Below, piece by piece: positions 1 through 8,175 of a stretch of DNA of 38,209 bases; position 1 is the stretch's first letter; each line of letters begins with the position of its first letter. The DNA lies in the IMG/VR virus record IMGVR_UViG_2545824644_000015, positions 1 through 38,209 of that record; one strand, 5' to 3'. Below the pieces are notes generated by a model. It was not told where the DNA came from and made no database searches. It saw only the letters and a list, made by a program, of their open reading frames with translations. The stretch is from a virus. Taxonomy: Duplodnaviria; Heunggongvirae; Uroviricota; Caudoviricetes. Position numbers and translations under genes: made by a program.

Positions 1-1158
1 ATGCTCACCGTTAAGCAGATTGAAGCAGCAAAGCCGAAAGAAAAACCATACCGCCTTCTCGATGGTAATGGCCTGTACCTTTATGTCCCTGTATCAGGGA
101 AAAAGGTATGGCAGCTTCGCTACAAGATTGACGGTAAGGAGAAAATCCTGACCGTCGGAAAATATCCGCTTATGACTTTGCAGGAGGCAAGGGATAAAGC
201 ATGGACCGCGAGGAAAGACATCTCGGTTGGCATCGATCCGGTAAAAGCGAAAAAGGCTTCGTCTAACAACAATTCCTTTAGCGCCATTTACAAGGAATGG
301 TACGAGCACAAGAAGCAAGTCTGGTCAGTAGGCTATGCAAATGAACTTGCAAAAATGTTTGATGACGACATTTTACCCATCATCGGCGGTCTTGAGATTC
401 AGGATATTGAGCCGATGCAACTGTTGGAAGTAATCCGCAGATTTGAAGATCGCGGTGCAATGGAGCGAGCCAACAAAGCCCGCAGAAGATGCGGCGAGGT
501 TTTCCGTTACGCTATTGTCACTGGTAGGGCTAAATATAACCCGGCACCTGACCTTGCTGACGCCATGAAAGGATACCGCAAGAAGAACTTCCCGTTTCTT
601 CCTGCAGACCAGATCCCGGCATTCAACAAAGCACTGGCAACATTTTCAGGAAGTATCGTATCGCTCATTGCGACCAAAGTTTTACGCTACACAGCCCTAA
701 GAACGAAAGAGCTTCGTTCCATGCTATGGAAGAACGTCGATTTTGAAAACAGGATTATCACCATCGACGCCAGTGTGATGAAGGGTCGCAAAATTCATGT
801 GGTTCCTATGTCAGACCAGGTGGTTGAACTTCTCACTACGCTAAGCTCTATCACCAAACCAGTATCAGAGTTTGTTTTTGCCGGGCGCAACGATAAGAAA
901 AAGCCAATCTGCGAGAACGCGGTATTACTTGTGATCAAACGAATCGGCTATGAGGGTCTGGAAAGCGGTCACGGATTCAGGCATGAATTCAGCACGATTA
1001 TGAACGAGCACGAATGGCCTGCTGACGCTATTGAAGTGCAACTGGCACATGCCAACGGCGGATCTGTGCGTGGGATTTACAACCACGCTCAGTATCTCGA
1101 TAAGCGCAGGGAGATGATGCAGTGGTGGGCGGACTGGCTTGATGGGAAGGTGGAGTAG
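1..1158 (+). CDS. int: Tyrosine site-specific integrase (P4-like N-terminus)
   Basis: 385 aa ORF; N-terminal MLTVKQIEAAKPKEKPYRL...GLYLYV motif typical of phage integrases; C-terminal HGFRHEF (H-x-x-R) and RGIYNHAQY catalytic-Tyr region. Confidence 0.9.
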   Translation: MLTVKQIEAAKPKEKPYRLLDGNGLYLYVPVSGKKVWQLRYKIDGKEKILTVGKYPLMTLQEARDKAWTARKDISVGIDPVKAKKASSNNNSFSAIYKEWYEHKKQVWSVGYANELAKMFDDDILPIIGGLEIQDIEPMQLLEVIRRFEDRGAMERANKARRRCGEVFRYAIVTGRAKYNPAPDLADAMKGYRKKNFPFLPADQIPAFNKALATFSGSIVSLIATKVLRYTALRTKELRSMLWKNVDFENRIITIDASVMKGRKIHVVPMSDQVVELLTTLSSITKPVSEFVFAGRNDKKKPICENAVLLVIKRIGYEGLESGHGFRHEFSTIMNEHEWPADAIEVQLAHANGGSVRGIYNHAQYLDKRREMMQWWADWLDGKVE

Positions 1159-1330
1159 TTATTACAACGATTCTTATAAAAAAGAAAAGCCTTGCACATA
1201 TAGCAAAGCTTTTCACTTCTCAGGATTTCTTACACCAAGAAACCCTCAACAATAACAAATGCAATTTTATATGTTAACTACATATGCATTTCATTAAAAC
1301 CAATCATAAATGCTTATCATACTTTAATTG

Positions 1331-2458
1331 CTATAATTGATCGCCTTCTATTTTTTCAACTCGAGTGGTTGAAACATCATTCTTAAATCCACTCCACCAT
1401 TTTCTTAGCTTATTGTTTATTGGCTTTTCAAAAAACAAATACATCATTATTGATATAAATAATGAAGCAAACAGAGCCATTACTATAAATTTAATTACAT
1501 TTATAGCACCAAGACCAGAAACATTAAAGAACTTGCTCAATGTACTGATTACTATAGTGTGGACCAAGTAAAATGAAAAAGAAGCATCACCTAAAAGTAT
1601 CATAACTTTATTTGATATTATTTTTGAAATAATACCACCATTAAACGAAAACACTAATATTGAAAAGGCCATTGATGGTATAAAAAGCGCATCATACTGT
1701 AATCCATTGCTATTTTGACTTTTTGCCACCATATAGACAGACATTAGGATAAAGACTACAGATGATATTTCAGCAAATGATAGAACTAAATATGACGGCT
1801 TTGACTTAAACTCAAAATATAGTTTACACAATATAATACCGATTAAAAAGTCAGGCAACCTATTAAAAGGGTTTATGTAAAAGAACCAGTGAGAGAACGC
1901 ATCACTAATTTCCCCATAGCTTGCCATGTAAATAACATTAATTAAAATTAACGCAGCAAACAAAGCGAGCATTCTTTTTCGCGCGAAAATTATAAAACAA
2001 AAAGAAACATAAAAGAACATTTCTACAGAAATGCTCCAGGATACTGCATTGAATGAGAAATAGTCTTCCTTATCTACTGAGTAAGACTGAATTAATAGTG
2101 CATTTTTTATTATAGACAATATATTTGGTGAGAATCCACCACCTAATATTGAGTGTCCAACTATAAACACAGTCAAGCAAAGCAAATGTACTGGATATAT
2201 TCTAAATACTCGATGCGCAAGAAAATCAACGAAACTTCCGTTTCCATTACGCAATGAAATAGTAAAACTATATGTTAATATAAACCCAGATAAAATAAAA
2301 AAGAAAGTAACACCAGAATACCCAAGTTTAAAATATTCAAATGATGAAGCAAAATCTCTATTACTTGAATTTTGTATTACCGCCATGTGGCTAAAAAACA
2401 CCCCAAGGGCTGCAAATGCCCTTAGGGATGTCAGGCTATTTAGTCTTTCTGCGCGCAT
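1331..2458 (-). CDS. oac: Integral-membrane acyltransferase-3 family protein, probable O-antigen O-acetyltransferase (serotype conversion)
   Basis: Highly hydrophobic multi-TM ORF; N-terminus LTSLRAFAALGVFFSHM typical of acyltransferase-3; very AT-rich; sits between tailspike and integrase as oac does in Sf6. Start chosen at internal Met 13. Confidence 0.75.
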   Translation of the reverse strand: MRAERLNSLTSLRAFAALGVFFSHMAVIQNSSNRDFASSFEYFKLGYSGVTFFFILSGFILTYSFTISLRNGNGSFVDFLAHRVFRIYPVHLLCLTVFIVGHSILGGGFSPNILSIIKNALLIQSYSVDKEDYFSFNAVSWSISVEMFFYVSFCFIIFARKRMLALFAALILINVIYMASYGEISDAFSHWFFYINPFNRLPDFLIGIILCKLYFEFKSKPSYLVLSFAEISSVVFILMSVYMVAKSQNSNGLQYDALFIPSMAFSILVFSFNGGIISKIISNKVMILLGDASFSFYLVHTIVISTLSKFFNVSGLGAINVIKFIVMALFASLFISIMMYLFFEKPINNKLRKWWSGFKNDVSTTRVEKIEGDQL

Positions 2459-2567
2459 GATACACCTATGTTTTAATGCACAAAAATGCAACAAAAGATT
2501 GATGATACCATAAGCAACAGAAAAATCACATGATCACTTACTCACGTTCAACTTGTACCATCAGAAT

Positions 2568-5108
2568 CTAAATTATCTGCGTCACTGACAATGCTTTCTT
2601 TAACACCACTCCTCCGCTCGTTGTTGCTCCCTTTGAGTACTCAAAGGAGATATTGGCTGAAATGCCAAGATTCTCATCAGGACAATACCACCAAATTCCA
2701 ATAGGGAGCACAGATGCCTTGTCATAACTGACAGTGCGATCATACGACGACTGGTACCCATTGAAGTCATACCATTTAAACCCAGTAATTGCGTTGCCAG
2801 CAATCATGCAATCAGTGCTCATAACTACACCAAACGCATTCTTAATATTAGATGCAACTAATATGGCACTCATTGCGATATTCCTAAAGCTACATGACGT
2901 CACAGAGTATCCATTTGTATTTGCGTTTATAACTCCTATTTCTCCAAGGAAAGTCGTTGTCCTTATAGATCCATTAAAAAAAGATGTTGATTTTGTCCCT
3001 CTAAGACACACTCCCACATCAGACTCAAACGCGCTATCAGATATATCGATATACGTTGAACTTGCTGATGGATTATTCTTATAAAAGCTAACTCCGTAAT
3101 TTAGATTATTGAAATTACAACTATTAACCCTTACAGATGATACTCTTGCATCATATAAATAAAGGCCTGCCGTCATCCCTTCAAGGTGTGTGTCGTTTAA
3201 TGGAAACACTGCATTATCCCCAGCCTCGTTAGGATCATTCATTAATGTTTTAGGGTTTGTGAATTTATTTTTAATTATCGATGTAAACTCATCACAAAAA
3301 AAGTCATGTGATGCGCTATTAATTACCTTAAACCCTGAGAATCCGAATGGCTTCCCACCAGAGATTATTGCCAAACAAAATGCTTGCGCCCCACCGCGTA
3401 TTCTATATTGATTTGATTTTGATTCAAATTTAAAATTGCCTTGTAATGTTGAGTTGGTGATACAACTAAAAGAGTTACCTATGTATGATACGTTATTATT
3501 ATATGATGACGTTATGCTATAGCTGTTTACTTTATTTCCAGATATAAGAACATTATCACAAAAAAATTGAGCACATATCCCTGATTTTGATGTAACAACA
3601 TTATCAGACATTATGCTATGAATAACCATTGAGTGAAAAGTTATGCCCCAATGATCATGGCTATACGAAGTTGATATTAATGGATCGTTTATTATATTTC
3701 CAGTGCAGTTAACATAACAAACTTGCCTATATACTCCTATTGTTGAATCATTCAACCCAAGAGTTGAGCAAATGTTATCTTTAATAGAGCAAACAGAACT
3801 TGATGTGGCATAGCTAAACATAGCTTCTGGGATATTCCCTGTTAATCTATTCCTCTCGAATCTACCAGAATAACAATAATATCGCATCTCAACATGGACA
3901 TTATGGAAGTTACAACCAATCACTTCTGGCTCGATCTGAGACAAAAGCATGATTCTTCTTAGAGCATTGCTACTGCTTTTCATCGTCACACCATCTTTAA
4001 TTTTGAATGGCGTAAGGTTACCTGTTGGGAACCCAAATTTCGCAGTCCCAGCCACCTGATTTACCACCAGAGGTTGCGCCAAAATAGCCTTATTGGTAGT
4101 TGTATGACCTATAATTTTTGTTACCTGAATGAACTGAGATTGGTATCCATTCAAGTTACGTGTAAGTGCCAACCCATCTATGCTGTCAGCAGGTGTGGTG
4201 GATTTTTCCGCTTCATCAATACAGAACGGATATCCATTATCAATGACGACATATTGCCCTGTGCGATCTACACCATCGAGATATACCTCAGAGTGCCCTG
4301 CAGATGCAGGCTGAGAAAAAACTGTCATAGTTGGGAAGTCATATGGCTCAACCCTAAAATGATTACCCAATGTTATTGTGCCACGACCATATATACCTTT
4401 TGCCCCGGCTGGCGCTGTATAATCTGTTGTGGTGGTAAGGTCAGCTCCTGTAATGTTTACTTCTTCTCCGAAGTTAAACGCTGCCGTCAGTGCCTGCTCG
4501 GTTGTTACAAACCTATTGGTGTAGTTAAGGATATGGTTTAAATCATATCCGTTAAGATTCCCTACAGACTTCCAGTTTGAATCTGGTGAACTACCAGGAG
4601 GGACAGTTAATGGAACTGACAGATCACCAGTATAAATGTAATACCACCCAGTTGATGAATAGAATAGTGCCTGATATTTACTTGTTATCGTTGCACCAGA
4701 AGCAAAGGATACATTTTGCAGGCGTTTATAAACATTAAATCTAAAATTTTCATTAGCGTATAAAGAAAACTGATCTGGGTCGTACCCTAAAACATTCGGA
4801 AAATAGAACTGCTTCGCCCCATACGCATCGTACACAGCCATAGAATGGCCTTGCACAGTTACGAACTTGGCAATCTGTCCGTTATATACCGGGTAACCAG
4901 CAGCGTTAATGATGATTGGTTGAGAAACAGGAACGTGAGAACCGTCTTCGTTCTCCACATAAACCTGAATCCGGTTTTCAGGATTTACAGGGTCAGTGTC
5001 AATTTTACCGATATAAATTTCGCCATTAGCTACGGCTTTAAAAGAACGAGCCATAGTGAAGAGTTGCGAAGGCATCGATACAATCACATTAGCTGTAATG
5101 TCTGTCAT
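2568..5108 (-). CDS. Tailspike protein (P22-type head-binding N-domain fused to divergent receptor-binding domain)
   Basis: 846 aa; N-terminal ~115 aa [45 protein letters not shown]... matches the conserved P22/Sf6/HK620 tailspike head-binding domain as remembered; rest is an AT-rich, Asn/Ser/Thr-rich beta-helix-like domain. Confidence 0.9.
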   Translation of the reverse strand: MTDITANVIVSMPSQLFTMARSFKAVANGEIYIGKIDTDPVNPENRIQVYVENEDGSHVPVSQPIIINAAGYPVYNGQIAKFVTVQGHSMAVYDAYGAKQFYFPNVLGYDPDQFSLYANENFRFNVYKRLQNVSFASGATITSKYQALFYSSTGWYYIYTGDLSVPLTVPPGSSPDSNWKSVGNLNGYDLNHILNYTNRFVTTEQALTAAFNFGEEVNITGADLTTTTDYTAPAGAKGIYGRGTITLGNHFRVEPYDFPTMTVFSQPASAGHSEVYLDGVDRTGQYVVIDNGYPFCIDEAEKSTTPADSIDGLALTRNLNGYQSQFIQVTKIIGHTTTNKAILAQPLVVNQVAGTAKFGFPTGNLTPFKIKDGVTMKSSSNALRRIMLLSQIEPEVIGCNFHNVHVEMRYYCYSGRFERNRLTGNIPEAMFSYATSSSVCSIKDNICSTLGLNDSTIGVYRQVCYVNCTGNIINDPLISTSYSHDHWGITFHSMVIHSIMSDNVVTSKSGICAQFFCDNVLISGNKVNSYSITSSYNNNVSYIGNSFSCITNSTLQGNFKFESKSNQYRIRGGAQAFCLAIISGGKPFGFSGFKVINSASHDFFCDEFTSIIKNKFTNPKTLMNDPNEAGDNAVFPLNDTHLEGMTAGLYLYDARVSSVRVNSCNFNNLNYGVSFYKNNPSASSTYIDISDSAFESDVGVCLRGTKSTSFFNGSIRTTTFLGEIGVINANTNGYSVTSCSFRNIAMSAILVASNIKNAFGVVMSTDCMIAGNAITGFKWYDFNGYQSSYDRTVSYDKASVLPIGIWWYCPDENLGISANISFEYSKGATTSGGVVLKKALSVTQII

Positions 5109-5164
5109 TTAATTTGCTCCAGATACAAGGAATCGCCGCAGCGGGGCTACGGTGAATTTTGGGC

Positions 5165-5190
5165 ATAAAAAACCCAGCCGAAGCTGGGTC
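5165..5190 (-). terminator. Rho-independent terminator upstream of tailspike gene
   Basis: Plus strand aaaaaacccagccgaagctggg; on minus strand GC stem cccagc/gctggg followed by U-run. Confidence 0.6.
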
Positions 5191-5354
5191 GTTGCGTTGG
5201 TTATCTGTCAGTAGTTATGTACTGGCTGAAGGATTTGTACAAAAAAATCACCTGACGGTGGGTTAATTTTTGCATTTACCTGGGCCATATTGACTACTTA
5301 TAAAATGAGATCAATATTTAATCGCCCAATAACGGGTGTATGTTGAGGTATATC

Positions 5355-5534
5355 ATGGCGAAAAAACCAGGTGAAAACACAGGAAAAAACGGCGGAATAT
5401 ACCAAGAAGTTGGCCCACGCGGCGGTAAGAAAGACAATTTTGCCACCGTCAAGGACAACGAAAGGCTTCCACCAACAACAAAGCCAGGTCATGGCTGGGT
5501 ATTAGATAAGCGAACTCCAGACAGCAAAAAGTAA
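5355..5534 (+). CDS. Small conserved protein of unknown function (tentatively YjzC-like)
   Basis: 59 aa MAKKPGENTGKNGGIYQEVGPRGGKK...; RBS gagg 7 nt before ATG; own terminator immediately downstream. Family assignment from memory only. Confidence 0.55.
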   Translation: MAKKPGENTGKNGGIYQEVGPRGGKKDNFATVKDNERLPPTTKPGHGWVLDKRTPDSKK

Positions 5535-5540
5535 TAATCA

Positions 5541-5563
5541 AGCCGGGTCACTCCGGCTTTTTG
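5541..5563 (+). terminator. Rho-independent terminator
   Basis: agccgg-gtcact-ccggct hairpin followed by ttttt. Confidence 0.65.
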
Positions 5564-5913
5564 ATATGTCGCTCGCAGAACTCAACAAGCCTGCTCATTA
5601 AGTAGCAGTAAGTCTCGTTGGCTCTTCCTGGTTCAACATCAACACCGACCCTTGAGCAGATATCGAATGCCATGTGAGCGCACTCATGGGCAATAGTAGA
5701 TAGTTTGCCATTGAACACGCCTATCACATGCAAAACACCATTCTCGCTGCTCATTGTATGAGACGCTCCGTTGGCATCCGAGTCCTGCACGTCCACACCA
5801 AGTTTTTGATGCAGGCGTTGCCATTCTGGAAAGTCTCTACAAAACACAATTGTACCGCTCTCAAAGAGCGGAACGAGCATCTTTGGTACGTTTCCAATGT
5901 TAACTTTTTTCAT
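5548..5913 (-). CDS. Hypothetical protein with HExxH motif (possible small zinc metallopeptidase, ImmA/IrrE-like)
   Basis: ORF with internal start MKKVNIG (AGGA 4 nt upstream); contains HECAH with downstream Glu residues; no other recognisable domain. Confidence 0.4.
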   Translation of the reverse strand: MKKVNIGNVPKMLVPLFESGTIVFCRDFPEWQRLHQKLGVDVQDSDANGASHTMSSENGVLHVIGVFNGKLSTIAHECAHMAFDICSRVGVDVEPGRANETYCYLMSRLVEFCERHIKKPE

Positions 5914-5947
5914 GGTATCCTGCGCAAAACTAAGGAGGTTGGTGTGA
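5913..5947. repeat. 35-bp exact repeat copy 1 (tggtatcctgcgcaaaactaaggaggttggtgtga) carrying SD plus GTG start
   Basis: Identical to 7678..7712; contains aaggagg SD and GTG start of the downstream plus-strand gene; reverse strand supplies AGGA RBS and abuts start codon of the minus-strand HExxH gene. Confidence 0.9.
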
Positions 5948-6333
5948 AGCAATTTCTTGCTGCTATGTTCTTATTCATATCTTTTGGGGCTACAGCAGAG
6001 TGCTGGGTCGTTGGAGATATGCGCGGAATAAGCTATTCAGAACGAAATAATTTCCATCCGGAAGAAGATGGTTTTAGTGGAACATTCATCATTAAGACAA
6101 GCGGTGAAGATGCCAGCATCACATATTCTGGGACAGATGCGGGCGGCATGGCTTACAAAGCATTGTCTAAAAACTCCATCATAGGAATCGGCGCGAATGG
6201 CGAAACTCAACGCGTTATCGACTCATGGGTAATACATCCTACTGGAACAGTTTTAATGTCAAAAACCATTTCCGGTTATGGAAATATGGATTCAACCAAA
6301 GCTTTTGTTGGAAAAGTAAAAAGAAAATGTTAA
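5944..6333 (+). CDS. Secreted/periplasmic hypothetical protein (signal peptide)
   Basis: GTG start 7 nt after aaggagg; N-terminus VKQFLAAMFLFISFGATA-ECW has n/h/c signal-peptide architecture; Cys near both termini of the mature protein. Confidence 0.6.
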   Translation: MKQFLAAMFLFISFGATAECWVVGDMRGISYSERNNFHPEEDGFSGTFIIKTSGEDASITYSGTDAGGMAYKALSKNSIIGIGANGETQRVIDSWVIHPTGTVLMSKTISGYGNMDSTKAFVGKVKRKC

Positions 6334-6354
6334 TGATAGGATTATGGCCCTACA

Positions 6355-6540
6355 TCAACAGGTTACGCGCCCCTGAGTAATTCTATTGCGGATTTGCTTC
6401 TTACGGTGGTTTAGGCTGGAGAGCTTGTCTTCTGCTTCTGATATTTGCGCATCCAGATCTTTAAGTTCAAGCTCTGAAAGTCGCTGGTCAAGCAGGGTTT
6501 GGTTTAACTCAATGTTGTTCAGACGTTCTTCTATGGTCAT
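6355..6540 (-). CDS. Small coiled-coil hypothetical protein
   Basis: 61 aa; strong RBS taaggag 6 nt before ATG; heptad-like Leu/Glu-rich sequence. Confidence 0.45.
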   Translation of the reverse strand: MTIEERLNNIELNQTLLDQRLSELELKDLDAQISEAEDKLSSLNHRKKQIRNRITQGRVTC

Positions 6541-6552
6541 GATTACTCCTTA

Positions 6553-6580
6553 TAAAAAACCCACCTGAAGGTGGGTTTTA
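6553..6580. terminator. Bidirectional rho-independent terminator
   Basis: aaaaaa-cccacc-tgaa-ggtggg-tttt; A-run and T-run flank a perfect 6-bp GC stem so it can terminate either strand. Confidence 0.75.
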
Positions 6581-6583
6581 TAA

Positions 6584-7552
6584 TTAGATTTCTGGTTTCA
6601 TTCTTCCGAAAACCTTTTCTATTCCTTTTTCGTATTCTTCTCTTGTCTCACTCATCGCTGCGACACCAAGAAGCTTACCGATATGCTGACGCAAAGCCTT
6701 GACACCAATTTCAGAAAGGAACAGATGCAACTTATCAGATTGTTTTCCGTTCTCGTCTCGGCTGGCTCGAATCTGTTCAAGGATTTTACCTTTACTCTTT
6801 GCTAGCGGGGTGTATATCTGCATGTTGGTTAGCTGCCCAAAACGAATAGGTCGTCCTTTCTCTGGCCTATTCAGGCCGTACAGTCGATACCACTCCTCGT
6901 ATAGCTCATCTGGAAATTCCTTTTCATATTGACGAGCCTCTTCACGAACAAACGCTTTGAACTCGTCAATGACAGCCTGAACTTCTGGACGATAACCAGC
7001 AAGCGCATACGCAACCCCCTTAATTCCCGCCTTAGCGGAGGCATTAATAAGTCTCTGTGCTGCGGCGGCTGCCTTTAACCGTGATTGTGGTAGATCGTCA
7101 TTATCTTTGGCTTCTATTAGTGCCCTACCAATATCAACAATTGCTGTAATGTCATAACCTAACGCTTGATGAACGGTTTTAGACTTCGAAGTAAGTTGAA
7201 ATTTATAGGGATTTTCCATTTTTCGCTGCAATTCTAGATCTCGGTATTTGCTCATATACTGAGCGCCAAGCAGTTGATCTAAATCCCTGGCATGTTCACC
7301 AATCCCTAGCAACTGAGATAATCCAGTTTTCGTAACAACGACAGTTTTCGACTCGTCATCCAGTACATAACATTCAGCATCAATGCCAAAATCATCTAAA
7401 AAGTTACCACGATGAGTTGCCCTGAGAATCTTACTTTTCCATCTTGCAGCAGCTGCTTTCTTTGCTATTTCAGAACGCTGCTCTTTAGTCAGCGACTTTG
7501 CGCGAGCGATCCCGCCCTTAGCTTTCCCTTCGCCACTTTTCTTTTCAGTCAT
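6584..7552 (-). CDS. Hypothetical protein, P63C-domain-like with basic N-terminal region
   Basis: N-terminus MTEKKSGEGKAKGGIARAKSLTKEQRSEIAKKAAAARW resembles the conserved N-terminal motif of phage P63C-domain proteins (from memory); start placed at Met22 so the operator-like repeats lie upstream. Confidence 0.5.
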   Translation of the reverse strand: MTEKKSGEGKAKGGIARAKSLTKEQRSEIAKKAAAARWKSKILRATHRGNFLDDFGIDAECYVLDDESKTVVVTKTGLSQLLGIGEHARDLDQLLGAQYMSKYRDLELQRKMENPYKFQLTSKSKTVHQALGYDITAIVDIGRALIEAKDNDDLPQSRLKAAAAAQRLINASAKAGIKGVAYALAGYRPEVQAVIDEFKAFVREEARQYEKEFPDELYEEWYRLYGLNRPEKGRPIRFGQLTNMQIYTPLAKSKGKILEQIRASRDENGKQSDKLHLFLSEIGVKALRQHIGKLLGVAAMSETREEYEKGIEKVFGRMKPEI

Positions 7553-7553
7553 A

Positions 7554-7643
7554 ATGCAAGCACCTTTGTTGTGATGTATGCTTGCATTATATGCACTGTA
7601 CACACATACAAGCAAGCATAAAACAAAAACAAAATGCTTGCAT
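7554..7643. promoter_or_regulatory. Cluster of four 10-bp operator-like repeats (ATGCTTGCAT and inverse) in divergent intergenic region
   Basis: ATGCTTGCATTA at 7578 and 7634 (identical 12-mers); inverted near-copies ATGCAAGCAC at 7554 and AAGCAAGCAT at 7610. Confidence 0.5.
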
Positions 7644-7677
7644 TACAACCGCGCTACTCCAACTACACATTATCATC

Positions 7678-7712
7678 TGGTATCCTGCGCAAAACTAAGG
7701 AGGTTGGTGTGA
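7678..7712. repeat. 35-bp exact repeat copy 2 carrying SD plus GTG start
   Basis: Identical to 5913..5947. Confidence 0.9.
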
Positions 7713-8158
7713 GTGAAAAATTATCAGTTGAGATTTACAGGGATGCCAAAAAATTGATTAAAAAGGCATTGCTGATTTCCCTATCTTTGTTAGCCATTGC
7801 CATTGTTTATTTTGTGGCAGACAAAATCTATACAGAACAAAAAAATAGCAAAAAAAGCGCTGAACTGATTATGCGAGCCGAAAATGCTGTCAAGGGTAAA
7901 TCACCCATGGTATTCAACAGAACATTCCTTGGCGAAAGCTCCTCTATTTCTGTTTGGTTTATTAATGATTCAGATGGGCATATTCTTGTAGAAAAAAACG
8001 GTGAAAAATCATTGTTTTCATCAAGAGAATCCGTATACGGTGGCATCAATGCATACCATCAAGCCGGAAAGGCATGTGAAACCCTGTCTTTTTCTATGAC
8101 TTCAGGTTTTGTGATATCTGTTTCTTGCGATTTTGATGATTATTACACTAAAAAATAG
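7709..8158 (+). CDS. Membrane-anchored hypothetical protein (candidate superinfection-exclusion/moron product)
   Basis: GTG start after aaggagg inside the repeat; basic N-terminus followed by hydrophobic segment LLISLSLLAIAIVYFV; occupies the sieA/immI position of P22-like phages. Confidence 0.5.
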   Translation: MSEKLSVEIYRDAKKLIKKALLISLSLLAIAIVYFVADKIYTEQKNSKKSAELIMRAENAVKGKSPMVFNRTFLGESSSISVWFINDSDGHILVEKNGEKSLFSSRESVYGGINAYHQAGKACETLSFSMTSGFVISVSCDFDDYYTKK

Positions 8159-8175
8159 CCATCCATGGCATTTAG

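Noticed and set aside
4074-4541. 155-aa plus-strand ORF inside tailspike
   Set aside because: Antisense shadow ORF within a well-supported tailspike gene; Cys-rich junk translation.
5728-6333. Long form of the ORF starting at ATG 5728
   Set aside because: Upstream extension overlaps the divergent HExxH gene and lacks an RBS; GTG at 5944 has a perfect aaggagg SD and places the signal peptide at the N-terminus.
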